Positions 38,701 through 51,500 of a stretch of DNA of 64,000 bases are shown piece after piece. The translations under genes were made by a program, and so were the position numbers. Source of the stretch: Balanoglossus misakiensis (lineage: Eukaryota; Animalia; Hemichordata); contig CM082582.2 of assembly GCA_040954595.2 (NCBI GenBank), positions 7,380,063 to 7,444,062 on the forward strand, given 5' to 3'. The first letter of the stretch is position 1, and every line of letters begins with the position of its first letter. The notes under the pieces were generated by a model, which worked only from the letters and a program-made list of their open reading frames with translations, was not told where the DNA came from and did no database searches.

Positions 38701-40771
38701 AGGAACTCCCACGTATCCGAACTTTTAACAGACAACACTGGATTTGTTATGATACCGCAGTGAAAAAAGAAATCCTACACACAACGGGGAAAGTTCCAAG
38801 CCTCCTGGTTTTTATACAAGGGGTACCAACAGGGGTTTCTATATTTCGATCTCCACATAACACACTTTAACAGATACACTTTAGGACTGGAGTGGTACCA
38901 TTCACTGACAGAATATTTGGAAACTCTGTGTCAACCAACCAACCGTGCCAGCTCATCATTGTAACATCATCATTTGCGATTTCTCAGTCCCTTTATTGCT
39001 GATAATTTTTAAGAGAGTTCACGGTCCCTAACATTACTGAATTCTCTCGCAAGACAAGTGTGTACATGTATTTCTATCAAGACAGACCCAGGCTCAGACT
39101 ACAGACTAAAAGCAAAGATAGAGCCTGCCCCCAAGCAGTGGATCACATCACCAACTGCTCTATCAGCTGTCACTAGTCCCGGTGGGAGAAAAAAAAGTAT
39201 CTGGGGGAAACGGTAACGCAGCTCAGACTAGGGCTTCACACTTGGTAATCAAACACTCTCAACTCTCCCCTAAAGAATTTGCTGGTGGAAAAAAAAGGCC
39301 ACTGGAGTTGGATATTGGCTCATGGGATTAAGGTCGTGATTGGCAAGCTGTGTTCACTGCGAGTACAGAGGTGGCTATTCACCGCTGTACTGACCACAAC
39401 CATGACCCAACAATCCAACTGCAAACAAGGGGCATGGCATCCATATATACATCTATGATTTACAAGCGTAGTTTCTTTTTTCATTGTCTCATGATCGCCA
39501 GGTGTAAGCTGGGTACCTACCTCTGGTATTGGTTGCCATGTCAGCAACCTTTTGAAATGCATCAAGAAATGCGGAGGCAGCAATGATGGTTGCTCTGAAG
39601 GAAAAGATCATTGAAATGATGACATTAGCAAATAGACAAAACAAAGCAGTATTCATTATGCCAGGCATAATTAAATTCTTATTCCAAATTTGAACAAGGA
39701 GGCCAATGTTAAAAATAAAAAAATAATTTATTTATATATTTAAATACATAATATACATAAATAATTTATTCATTTGTTTATTTATTTATTTATTTATTTG
39801 TATTTTGGTTCAACAACATTTGTAGCTTGTGAGAACCACCTTACCTGAGTGTATGATGGAGTTTCGCTGATTTGCTCATGAAATCTTCCCATACCGGCGT
39901 GCTGGTCTAAAAACCAACAAGAAGTATATTTGCATTTGAACGAGATAAAATGTGTAACTTGATGTCTGCATGGAGTCTCTCTAGTACCTCCATGATGTCT
40001 GTAAATTGTCAATTTTGCGGACTAGTCTAAGCGTGTCTGATTTCAAATTTTAATCACCAAGTCTACGTTCCTCGTACTTTGGGAGGAACAAAAGACATTT
40101 CTGGCGCTGTTTATCGATCACTTTATATGTCTGTCACGTTTGAACACTGCCCAACTAGGGCCCAGTCGACTAAAAATGGGTCACTGATCAATGGAGTCCT
40201 CTGTGAGCGAGATTCATCAAGCGGTCACATCAAGGAACGACGGCTTGCAAACAGAGAAGACCCACGCGCGCACAGAGTACAAACTCGGTCAATTTTTTTT
40301 GTTTTTGCGTTTAATTATTCATGTACACACAGTAATGGCAGAAGAATGGCATTACGGATCGATCAAATCTACGGTGTGTACGCGTGTTGTCACTTAGCCA
40401 GTCGTACGCACACACACCGTGTCATATTGACAAAATTCCCGAACAGAAAATTGAGTTGACAACCACCGACACCATTCTCACTATCGACCCTGAATTTAGA
40501 AAGCATTTAAATTTTATTTCAGATAAAAACGTTACTCAGAGATGGTATATTGTCATCAGTAGGGCTTCAACCGATACACACGCCATTTATTATGCTTTTG
40601 TACAAATGATTGATTATTCTATGAAGCATTCACACTTCGCTTTAGAAAACAATTGACCGCTGTTTTAGCGGGGAAAAATATAAACGTTGATTTACTCACC
40701 TTCATATCATTTATAATAGTCTGGAAAAGCCCTCCCAAGTTACTGCAATCGCGTTCTATGTTGCTTTCCAT
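10870..40771 (-). CDS. MTSS1: MTSS I-BAR domain-containing protein (MIM/ABBA; MTSS1/MTSS2 pro-ortholog), IMD + Ser-rich + C-terminal WH2, ~875 aa
   Basis: Core exons (minus): 40700-40771, 39845-39906, 39521-39594, 20083-20167, 19841-19932, 19372-19446, 17761-17918, 17244-17396, 16278-16547, 15359-15632, 14831-14929, 13728-13873, 13166-13343, 10870-11759 (2628 nt, in frame). Diagnostic peptides: [106 protein letters not shown]2 [23 protein letters not shown]. Confidence 0.93.
11320..11370 (-). repeat. Coding trinucleotide repeat (CAA)11(CAG)6 = Q17
   Basis: Read directly in the MTSS last exon. Confidence 0.95.
12340..12432. repeat. Degenerate (CAAA)/(GAAT) microsatellite
   Basis: acaaacaaac...atgaatgaatgaatg...gaatgaacgaatgaatgaatgaat. 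Confidence 0.7.
13166..13343 (-). CDS. MTSS1: MTSS exon 13 (LTLALARGL...[21 protein letters not shown])
   Basis: cttccag| and G|gtaagg; conserved MTSS motif. Confidence 0.92.
13412..13459. repeat. Imperfect (GT)n microsatellite
   Basis: Read directly. Confidence 0.9.
13728..13873 (-). CDS. MTSS1: MTSS exon 12 ([12 protein letters not shown]...LNQMQ)
   Basis: ccctcag| and CAG|gtacgt. Confidence 0.85.
14831..14929 (-). CDS. MTSS1: MTSS exon 11, symmetric 99 nt, possibly alternative ([32 protein letters not shown])
   Basis: long pyrimidine tract + tttcacag|, A|gtaagt, phase 1-1. Confidence 0.7.
15359..15632 (-). CDS. MTSS1: MTSS exon 10 (Pro-rich)
   Basis: ccctgcag| and A|gtaagt; in frame. 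Confidence 0.85.
16278..16547 (-). CDS. MTSS1: MTSS exon 9 (Ser-rich TPPSSP...[10 protein letters not shown])
   Basis: tttgcag| acceptor; donor AAG|gttgca is weak, so the 3' edge is less certain. Confidence 0.85.
17244..17396 (-). CDS. MTSS1: MTSS exon 8 ([16 protein letters not shown]...[18 protein letters not shown])
   Basis: ccacag| and CAG|gtaaga. Confidence 0.92.
17761..17918 (-). CDS. MTSS1: MTSS exon 7 ([19 protein letters not shown]...FLKPVV)
   Basis: aaacag| and GTG|gtaagt. Confidence 0.93.
18814..18855 (-). CDS. MTSS1: Candidate 42-nt alternative cassette exon of MTSS ([14 protein letters not shown])
   Basis: tttccctatccattcacag| acceptor, A|gtacgt donor, phase 1-1, no stop. Confidence 0.5.
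19372..19446 (-). CDS. MTSS1: MTSS exon 6 ([25 protein letters not shown])
   Basis: cactag| and G|gtaaga. Confidence 0.93.
19841..19932 (-). CDS. MTSS1: MTSS exon 5 ([30 protein letters not shown])
   Basis: tttcag| and G|gtatgt. Confidence 0.93.
20083..20167 (-). CDS. MTSS1: MTSS exon 4 ([27 protein letters not shown])
   Basis: ctgcag| and AG|gtaaat. Confidence 0.93.
23874..23937. repeat. Perfect (GAAT)16 microsatellite
   Basis: Read directly. Confidence 0.95.
37747..37775. mobile_element. Putative DNA-transposon footprint (P-superfamily-like termini)
   Basis: GATAAAG-[CATAGAC A GTCTATG]-GATAAAG: a 7-bp direct repeat around a 15-bp palindrome. Confidence 0.55.
39521..39594 (-). CDS. MTSS1: MTSS exon 3 ([25 protein letters not shown])
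   Basis: ccttcag| and G|gtaggt. Confidence 0.93.
39712..39806. repeat. AT-rich (TATT)n low-complexity tract in MTSS intron 2
   Basis: Read directly. Confidence 0.75.
39845..39906 (-). CDS. MTSS1: MTSS exon 2 ([21 protein letters not shown])
   Basis: tttttag| and AG|gtaagg; IMD homology. Confidence 0.93.
40700..40771 (-). CDS. MTSS1: MTSS exon 1 ([24 protein letters not shown])
   Basis: acaATGg start, AAG|gtgagt donor. Confidence 0.93.
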
Positions 40772-41200
40772 TGTGAAAAAATATATCCGATAAACGATGG
40801 TATGTTATGGTATAACTGGTCCCACGGTAAAATACAAATGAATTCCAGTCGGCGGTGGAGAATAAGGGCAGCCTTGCCCAAGCAAGCCCCGGCTACTATT
40901 CACTGCGGCACCGGATATCACGACAAGCAAAACACGAAAGAATCTCAGTGACTTCGATAAAATCCAATATATCCCGGTCACTACGTACACTCTTGGGTGT
41001 AACGCGGATCCATTCCTGTAGTAAAGTTAGGTTGGGCTCATGCAGAACGCGAAAAGATGACGATCACAATATAGTAGGTCCGGTGAGTAACCTAGCACAC
41101 ACTATCCTTCGCTATCGTAAAAAGTGTACACTCTGATCGGATTTCCTGAGAGGGACAAGTCACGTGCTTTTAGCGAGGACACTCATTGGTTTAATGGCTA
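40772..41200 (-). promoter_or_regulatory. MTSS 5' UTR/promoter (CpG-rich)
   Basis: CpG-dense; GTCACGTG E-box ~41159-41166 and CCAAT (attgg ~41186). Two short uORFs (MSPT*, MDPRYTQECT*) on the minus strand. TSS not determinable. Confidence 0.5.
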
Positions 41201-42670
41201 TTCTCTCTATTGACTTTACCCATATCACAAGCCCATGCCCTGTGTAAATTTAAAATCAAACTGATAACAGAGCTATTTTAAAGATTGAAATAAACCGTTA
41301 AATTTGGTAGTGTTCGTTCCAAATATCATTTTTAATCAAAGAAAATTTCCTTTCCTTTCTTTTCATTTCAGAATGAGGACTTAAATGTTGATACAATTTG
41401 TATAAAATTACGGTATAGGGTGATGATTATCAACGTTGAAATACAGTAACTTAAAATGTCTGAAACATGATTTTGAAATAAATGTCATACTCTGTTAATC
41501 ATCATAACAATAATGTAGAATTAAGATTTTATACTTAATATTGCTAGGTTTGATAATAATATTGTTACTGTAAAATATTTACATATGATCTGAATTTTTA
41601 TTAATTTCAATTTGATATGTGAAATGACACATTATGGATATAGCAACCCAAGAGCTTTATTTGTCAGTAATTTACCAGAAGACAAATCATAGCTGCCAAT
41701 CAGAATGCACATCTCCACACGCCTTCTCAACCAACAAGAGCATTATTTGACCTTTGACTTTAGATAGTGAGACCAGAATCACAGCAACTGTTACCATTTA
41801 TCACAAATAATGTGAATTTGCCAAACAGATCAAGATTTTCTGAATCCCATCTGAGTGGTTTACTTTTGAGAAATCATTTGAAAATAAAAAAATATTATAC
41901 TGTGTGAATGCATTTAGTCTTTTTTAAATATTGTTCATCCAATCGCTGGTGCCACACACACTGTTGACAATCCTCTTAATTTTGCACTGATATGCCAGCA
42001 GCAAAGTATAGTATTATACATTCTAGGTACATCTGCGTAGGCAGGCTAATTTCTGCTTTATCAAGATATTACACATAAGAAAGGGTCTTATGCACTCTAC
42101 TTTTATACTTTAAGGGAATGTTCATTAGATCTTTGGGGGGGGGGGGTACAATATTCAAAATCTTAGTTGAAAGTTCCTGACCTGCTGCTTTTGCAAACAA
42201 TCCAAATGATAGTTTCTTATGGCATTTGCAATTTGATAATGATGATAGTATGTGTTGTCAAAACGTGACTGGGAGTAAACTGACAACACAGAAACTATTA
42301 CTGTTTAAGCCATCAGAAAAATTCCTGGACAAGGTCTGATATAATAGTTCTTGCCTTGAGCATAACAGTTGTTGGCTGCGACATAGCCGTTTGCAGATCC
42401 GTAAACAATGTTACAATGCAACTGCTAAAAATAGCTGTTTAAGGTGTGGCCCAACAAGGAAAGTGTCATCCATTGTGGGAATTTATCTTCTACACAGAAA
42501 AAAAAAGTTGAAACAAGACTAAGATTCATGACATGAAAAGATCAATAACAGTGAGGGAACCTAGATTAGGGTTTGAAGTTTGAAAATAAACGCTTTTACC
42601 ACTTAAACCACTAGTACTAGGTCTTGATAAACAGATGGTTTTGCTGCTGATGTCAACTGAAGCCTTGTGT

Positions 42671-42684
42671 GTTGCTATGGAAAC
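42671..42684. promoter_or_regulatory. RFX X-box match GTTGCTATGGAAAC
   Basis: Matches the X-box consensus; 1.9 kb upstream of the MTSS ATG. Confidence 0.35.
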
Positions 42685-45600
42685 CAGGCCCCCAAATACT
42701 CTTAAGGGTGTCACCATACATAGCTGAGTGGCATATTGACTATCAGTTAGAAAAACATGTTGACATTTCTTGATAAATAAAACGAAAATTGAACGAAATT
42801 TACTGGTAGGGTTTCAGTTTGATCTCAGCGAGTGGTCTCCTTGAAAAGTCGAGCTGACTCAAAGAATAAAATCAGTTTCACGTGCCATGTTTTTGTAATC
42901 GGGATGAAACTAACTGAATTTAATATGTAACAGTATTCTCCCAAGTCAAATGGAGCATGCAAATTTTATTAATAAATAACATTGTAATATTAATTCATCT
43001 CAGGATAGCTTCCTCCACGTTGGTTTTTGTTGCTGATTAACATATACGAAGAAAGATGATCAACTTTTCGCAAATAGCCAAATCTCTGGGAAAACCGATA
43101 CATTCTCATTCACTGCGAGATTTATTTTATACGCTGCACATCGCAGGGGAGAAATCTTTGAATTCTTTTTCATTGGGCTGAGTCAATTGTTTGTTTTCAC
43201 TTGCGTTGCATGTTTTCAAATATGAAACCTTTTAGCGGTTGATTCTATTGGCCGATTAGTATTGCCTTACACACATGCACTGAGTCAATTTTGTCTATTT
43301 TAGACACATTTGCAAACTTGCATTTTTTTAACACCAGCCACACAGATGTTCACTTATTTTTGGAATGTGTTTATTATTTTGATGCTTTTTGCATGATGAT
43401 TTTTTGTCCTTGAGAAATTATTTGTGAAAGCAGTTGAATTTCAACAGTAATATGTACAAGCAAAAGGGTCCTCAAAACATGCAAGAAAAGTTGACTTTAG
43501 TTTGAGAAGAATTAAAACAATGGTTGGTGCTTCTGTGAACATCAACCACTGAACCAGTGTCAGTATAATATAATTAGCAACAGAAAATTTGTTGAAATTG
43601 TCTAATTACTGTACCACTTTGATGCTACTATGACAACTCTGAAAGCAGCTGGCTCACAGCCCAATAATTAAACTTATTTGCTTGTTCACGAGCAGAATGA
43701 AACTTTGAATGTGAAATAAAAAATCAAAATACAGAGGGACAAATAATATACAGTTTAAATAAAAAAAAAGTTACAATTCCGGTATCCTGCCTTTTCGTTA
43801 ATATTGCTGCCAAAAAGACAAGAGTATCTTTTTTTAGCAGATCCAGAAAAAGCTAGGATATTAGGCTATGGTAATTAAAGCCTTTGTGTGATATAGTTCT
43901 AGTTTTGTCCTTCTTTCAATTGTCCCCAAGGCAAACCAGGCTGCGTGCATTTGCAAATAGACAGCCGGGAGTAGATCCAGGCAATGATGATTTGTAGTCT
44001 AGCGTGGTACGGTCAGAGGGCAAAAGACTATCTCTTCCTGCAATATGGAAGCACTCTCCATAAATGCTTCTTTTCTGTGATTTTTGCAAGTCATTAAAAC
44101 ACCATTTTGGACCAATATAAGCAGCTCACGCATGACTCACGGGGTCAGGGTATATGGTATGTTTTAATGCACTTCTACAATATATTGCAAATGACACCGG
44201 GTGTAATTAACGTACAGAGAAATTTGAAATATGAGCAATTGCCCATAACTCTTATAATCCCCGAAATCACTCACCAATAGTGAATGACTTGCAACAGCCA
44301 CTGGAAATGAGAATATGTATTCAGTTTCAGTGCATAATGACTCCTATTGTAGCACTGGGTCTGTGTGTTGCCGTTTCCAACGATTTAACACAGACTCATC
44401 ATGCAAGCACTTTTATTTCAGGGACTCCAAATGAAAGTGACATGATTGCGCTTAATTAGCATGATGAATATTCATGAGAGGAATTGCCACTGATTGAAAG
44501 CATTGTGCAGCCTGTGAAGAAATGAACAGTGTTTGTTTTACTCGGATTTCACTTCCAAGGAACAGAACAATGGTCATTGTTTACACAAACCAAGTTGAAT
44601 AATACAATGATACCTATTCTGCTGGTGGCCACGTTGTAAATCATGATAATTTAAACCCTTGTTTTAAGGATCAGTGATGTCAGAAGGGGGAGGAGAGAAG
44701 GATCTCTTTGAACACATGTGGCAGAAAATGCTTGGGGATGAAAGTTTAAACATAGATCCCTTCAGTAGATATTCCATCTGTGTGTCTATAAGGCTCGGAC
44801 CACCGCAATGGTGATGAAATCTTGACAGGGGGTGCAACATCAAATCATGAGATGCTTTCATAACCAACGACCTTGCAAAATCATTTCTGGCAGTTTTTTA
44901 TATGCCATGGTGTGTAATTCACAGGAAAAACTGTAACCCCTTCAGGCAGCCATTACAAGGATACCTAAGGAAGCCCATAGCAGTTTATGAACCCTTGAAG
45001 TTTTTAACACACACATTTGATGTCATCTCAAGATGGGCTCTTGCAGACTGTCTAGACACCACAACGACTGCTGTAACACTGTAATCTGGGAAGGGTTTGC
45101 ATTTTTGTTTTGTCCAGTTGTGTTCTTCCCATCAACACCGAGGTCCCACCGGCCAAGCTCTAACAATCGCACCGCTGTGCTGCGTAGAAACCCCATCCGC
45201 AAGGAGCTCTTAACCTTGGGTGCACTGCACACACCAGCTATGGGAAGTTTACAAAGCAAGGTTGCCTGAAAGTCATATTATCCATGATTCATGGTTTCCA
45301 TCCTTCCTTGGGACACTTCCAGCATTTCCAGGATCCCCCCCCCCATCCACACTCCATACAAGTGTGTTATTGTTTTGGGGTTCCAGCTCATCCATGGTTT
45401 TATTGATGAGTCGCCCGAGGTCAAACCGGCAGGCAGCCTCTTTAAAATGGGGTGCAAGGTCTGATCACATGGCCGGCTGCCTCCAATCATTCCAAAGTCT
45501 CTCCTGCCAGTTGTCAAACAAAGGATCAGGGCACTTATGGATGCATGATGCCCAGCAGAAGATTCCTCAACAAAGTTGTGTTCTGATAACGACAGTCAAA

Positions 45601-45804
45601 GTTCAGGCCATTTTACAGGTTATCAGGTTTCCGAGGCTACATTTAATTGAAGTGGAAAAGCAACAAGTCACATCGCTGCAAATTGATACATTGTAAGGCA
45701 TTTACCAATATTGGTCAAGATATAAACAACACACTGACCATGTTATTAAAAGAATACGTCATTCAGTCAAGGATTATCCCTGTTTTGATGTCTACTTGTA
45801 TATG

Positions 45805-45865
45805 CTCATTCATTCATTCATTCTTTCATTCACTCACTCACTTACTCACTCACTCATCCATCAAT
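45805..45865. repeat. Degenerate (TCAT/TCAC)n microsatellite
   Basis: tcattcattcattca...tcactcactcac... Confidence 0.75.
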
Positions 45866-48423
45866 CCAACCTATGATAGGATCACAGTAATCTTAGAACT
45901 TTCCTTTTGAGCTGAATTCTAAATTTAGTTCTTCAAATTTCATACCACTTTAATTGTACGTGCACAAACTTAAATACAATACCAGGATGCAATATCATAC
46001 ACAGGAGTTAAAATTTTGGGTTCATACAAAGGCCGGAAATCTACAAGATTTGGCCTACTTGTCTCAGGGCTATTCCAAGATGTTCTGGTCCTCCCTCCTA
46101 TTGACTGGCACTGATTGACATCTCCCAGCTCATTCTGGGACAAGTCAGAGCTTTGTCTGGACTAGAGCCTGTGTCTATCCCCGCCAGACATTACAACAAA
46201 GCCTTACACTTTGTTGCAATTTCCTGTGGTCAACCAAGAAAACACAAACATCAAAGTCAATACTTGCACTTTCTTTGAAGTTTGGACACCTAAAATACTA
46301 GCACTAATGTATCACAAATCCATGATATGTCAACAAACACACAGACAGGGTCCTAATTAGTTCCATTGCAAGTGATTGTCAACTTCACGATAAAGCACCT
46401 GTTGTTTAATAATTTACACTCATCGAGGTGTTAATTCATCAATACTTTTAACACTAAATTGTAACTTTCTTCGTGGATTTGTGATTTTCCCCCACCTGTA
46501 CACCTGGATGTATTTTTCGTAAACTAGTAACCAAGCTATAGAGCTCATTTAACAGACCTGACATAAACTCTTGAGATAAATCTGACAACTGCACATGCCC
46601 AAAGAGAACCGACATGCCAAATGTACATCACCCAATGTTTCAAGAGCATAGATGAGTCCTTAGCGCGTCCCTATAATCTCATGCTCACAATCTGAAAGAT
46701 TGGAAAAGCATACACATATAGTTGCTTATTAGGAGAACTTGGTTGCAGACATGCAAGTGTGGTCTGGAAATTCCATTTGAGTCACTGTTTCTGTTTTTGG
46801 GAATTGCTAGCAGAAGGCTATAAGTCAACACACACCCCGGACCCTAAAGTTTCTCAAGGGTCTATTCAATGGTCACACAGAATCCAATCAGTAAATGTGT
46901 AATGGTACGGTAACTTTTCATCATACTGGTAATTTTTTCTTCCAGAAACGCCTGGATCAGCTTACACTTCGTCATACATCTTTCTCGATCACCAAATCTG
47001 CACAATTCAATTGTTTTTACTTGACTGCACAAAGACAAGGTTTTCCTTCAGATGTCCTCAAATGACGTCATTAAATTAGAATTAGCTAGAAACAGTAGGC
47101 ATTATGGGCTATTTTTAAAACTACTTCCTCTGGATGTGAACAGCAAGAAAATTCATTTGTAGATAAACGTGTACCTACAAAAGTATGCCTAAAAATAGAG
47201 CAGTGGTTTATAAATATACTTTTGTAGCAGTCTACATGACTGCAAACTCAATCATGTCATTGTACACACAACTTTGTCTCAAGCCCTTGCTATACTTCCT
47301 GTTTGGAAAAATAAATTTGGATGAATCTCTAAAACCCAGAGTCCTTGATAATTTTCACAAAATAACTGAAAATTTCACATATTAAAAGTTGACCACCAGT
47401 GATGTTGAATGTCTAGGAAAAAAACATGGCTCAATAATTTGTTCACTTACTATTTTGTTTTATTTCGGCAAGAATTCTTTTGATAATTCTATACATTTTA
47501 TTTTTCAGCACATGCACAAAGCTTGCATGTCAAAATGGCAGAAGACTGGGTTAAAATGTTGCCACTTTCTTGAAAATGTCACAGAAGACAGAGAGTGACG
47601 GAAACTACAGCAGTAGCAAATATCATATCCCTGATGTAATAAACAAAATGCAACTGACGATTTTTCAAATTACGTACATTTTTTTTCAAAATTGGGAAGA
47701 CAGTTACAAAACAGCTCCAAAAACGTTTTGTTTGAACAACATACACATATAAATATCCACGTACGAATATTGACACTCTTTAATATGAGGTAAAGGTTAT
47801 TTCATAACCGTAACAAACACAAGAGCGAAAGTGTCAGTAGGAGACTGTTTCAGTATAGGTTTTATGGCTCAAGGTACTTTTGCTTACGTCTGAAAACATT
47901 TTGAGGTGTTTACAAATTTTACAATAAGACAAGGGACACTGTATTATATACATTGCAGCCAAAAATTTCAGTAAACTTTATCATGTCTCTCAACACACAG
48001 CAAGTGCCTATACCCTGCGCCTCACAGAGCCCATTGATTGCTACATAAGTAAATAGTCTATTACATTTTTCATAACTACAGCGTCAGGAACCATCCTGTA
48101 TATTGCTGATCTTTTTTCAGCAGTTCCAACACGTCACGACAATGCGAAGGGCTAATTACATGTACAAGAAAGAGACAAGTGAAATAGATGCAACACGTCA
48201 AGTGGGTGACCAAAACTTTTCAGATGAGACCTGAAATATCGGGCCTCTCAGGGTTTTACATGATTGGTTCGTAACAAGTCAATGGACCGAGTGTGCAGCT
48301 GAACTGACCAATCAGCATCAATGGTGAGAGGTCACTGCAGGTCAGCAAACATTAACAGCTTGTACCTGCCCAGCAAATGTAAAATAAAATACATTGGGAA
48401 AAGCATATTTCAAATTTCATCGA

Positions 48424-48583
48424 TCAGAAATCCAGTTTCCTCACAGCATGCACATCTTCCATGTTTCTGGCCCGCGGTCTTTTAGCCTTGGCGTGCTCCA
48501 GTTGAACTTTCTTAAAATGCTCCAATAATTCCGAAAAATTGATGTTCTTCACACTGGGCCGGTCTTCAGGTGACGTTTTGGGT
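48424..48583 (-). CDS. VAC14: VAC14 terminal exon
   Basis: [17 protein letters not shown]...VRKLDF*. Confidence 0.9.
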
Positions 48584-51500
48584 CTGCCGGAAATGCAAAA
48601 TGGGAGACAAAATTAAAAAAAAATTGAGGCAGAGAAGGTAATACCAGCATAATACACAACGTCATAAAATTTAGATGAACACATCCTGTGATGAAGTGAC
48701 ATTAAAATGAATTTTTAAAATGTACTGCCATAAACATTAAATGACATATTATCTTGGTGAAAACTGTCCTACAAGTACTGGTAACCTCAGTTTTACATAT
48801 CACCATTCCCAAAACGTTTTCATAATTTAACATTTCAAAATAAATATAATTTTGGAAGCATTTTTTTCATTGCTAAAAATAAAACTCGTATGTTCTTATA
48901 TGCGTCAAAATATAATGAAATTAACATAACTGATGGCTGTCGAGGGTAAAGTACATTTCACAAGTGATCATAATTACTTCCGTTACATTCAAATTTTAAT
49001 GCGAAAACTCATTTGGCACTTGTTCATTAGATATTAACTCTCCCCCGCGTAATTAACATTTTTTTCTCTTCTCTCTCTGGACAAATATTTTGTGTTTTAT
49101 GAGGCATGCAAGATTATGACAATACAGATGTTACTTTAGTAACCGTATGGGATCATGTGATCGGTATTATCTGGTTTGTTAAACTGTCAGTCCATCTTAT
49201 ATTCAAGGTGTCTGAATTCACTGATCACGGACACGGCTTTCTGCAGGTACCCTGTCGAAGTCTCACACTCGTACATGTAATTATAAAACAATCGGTCAAT
49301 TTTCAACCACGTCACCGCAGTGTGGCCAGACACATCAATTTACCGGGGTAAAAAAAAAAATGGAAATTTCCAAACGATGTCAAATATGATACATTGATCG
49401 TTGAACGTGTTGATGGAGTGAAAGTGTGGAAAGGTCCCAGGGGTTGTTGATTTCATCACATCTGAATGCCATATTCCGACGTCTTGCCCGTATTTCGGAA
49501 TGCGTGATTTACATGTTCTGCAGACTGGCGCTGAGAACGACCAGTGGGTATTCAACTCTGAGGGAATTACCTGGCAGCATGCCAGTGAAACACTGAATTA
49601 TTTTGTTCTTCAGTATTTTAATTGAATGCCGCTGTTTTTTAATCAGGTTCATATAGAATCAGTCTTTCCTGTTGATTTTTTTTTCCTTTCAAGGTCATCG
49701 ATATTGGAGAGTTGATGGCACTAGCTTTAATATGCATGATACTAATTTTGTTGGAATAAAACACAGCTCTGGACAGTTGTTGTTGCAGGGATTTTTATCG
49801 ATGGTACTTTTTGTAGTTCACCCTAATCAATAACAAAATCCACACATGTTGCAGAAATAATCCTAAAATAATGGGTTTACTCGTTGTTGTGTCACGATCC
49901 CTTCTGCAGAGACATCTATTTGGGACAAAAGTTGTAACCTTTGAACTCTGACACCCTGGTGACCTATGGCACAGGCGTAAATGATAAAACACAAATATCT
50001 GACTTCACCTGTCGTCTTTTGGCAGGACTTGGTAACTTGGTACGCACTCTAGACGGTGACGTAAAGTACCGAATGCAGTGCTTTGCGGAAGCAGCATCAG
50101 CAAACCATACAGACTCTTCACCAAGTACTGATTGTGTTCCACATCAAGTAGCTGAAGCCTCAAGTCTGTGAGAAAAACAAGAAAAGAAACATTGTGAATA
50201 TGTATACCTCTGAATTTTTACTTTGTGTTGGGGGGGGGGGGGTCTTGTTATAGGAATTGAACTGCATTGTGGGTAAAAAGTCGACTGCTTTAGTTGACTC
50301 CTCTGGTGACCTTTGCAGCCATTCGAAAGTTTGCTTTCTGAGCTGGGTCTGAAGGGTTTAGCTTGCAATACTAATCCCCCTTTCCCAGGGATGTAATTTC
50401 AGTACCACTCAAGTAAGTTGAGGCTTTGCACTCCAATCTGATACTTTGAGAAATCTGGCCACCATCTTGAAATTCCGGACAACCAGATGAGATTTTCTTT
50501 CACTCATCTGGATAACAAAATTTTTATTCAGGGTAGTAATTCAAACAAGGTTTGAAAGCCAAGTCATATGTTGCAATACCCTGTATGACCTTCCCGGTAT
50601 TTTCTCTGGTCGTTCATCGGTCAACTTTTCAGTATACTTATGGGTAAAAGCATCAATTCAGTGTACAATATACCAGGATGTAAGGTCACACAGGGGTCAA
50701 GCAAATGGCCACACTATTACAGAATATACAATACAATGCTCAACACTCCCATGGGACGATACAGTTAATCAATTATGATTACTTATTGATGAGCACCTTG
50801 TGAATTCTCCCAAGCATAAAAGCCCCATGGCTAACATTTTTATATTCATTACATGACAAATTAATTGACACATACTGTACACCACAAACATGTGTGAACA
50901 AACTAAAATGGAAGAGACCAACAGCTATTACCCAAGCTTGAGTATGCAAGTCCAAGACTGACAATAGAGTACAGTACACACATTTATTGTGTCTAAACTG
51001 AGAAATTTTGTTCTTAAATTTTCAGAATTTGAATAAAATAGAAAAATTTTTGACACAATATAACAAAACATCTTTTTTTTAATGCAGCACAGCATATCAG
51101 TCTATCCGCTAAAAATAAAACTGATCATATTTTAATGACATTTTGCAGCAATACCAGTAATTTGTCGTGACTCCCACACAGGTATGAATTACAAATGAAA
51201 ATAGTAATTAAAATTATGAAGTGCACGCTGCAATACAAGACCTGTCGCTGTGACATGAATAAAACATTACGCAATTTGAGAAACAAGTTCTGTACTCACA
51301 TGTAAATATCGGCGATTCAATCAACTGGACCAGTTTGTCTATCTCGGTGAGGAAATCTACAGTGACTTCCAAATCGCCACTGATGAAACGCTAAGGAAAA
51401 TTTGCGGAAGTGCGTGCGACCCAAATAAAATATTTATGATGAAGACCGCAAAAATTGAAATCGAATACTTTTAGGTTTTCACCAGCGGTGGACTAAAACC

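Noticed and set aside
20200-39500. Nested protein-coding gene in the 19-kb MTSS intron
   Set aside because: All ORFs are short, many have non-ATG starts, and none shows codon bias, homology or a linked exon chain
44956-44972. ttccttag|GTATCCTTG on minus: U12 donor fused to an acceptor-like sequence
   Set aside because: Intergenic, with no flanking exon or well-spaced U12 branch/acceptor; an 8-mer is expected about twice by chance across both strands
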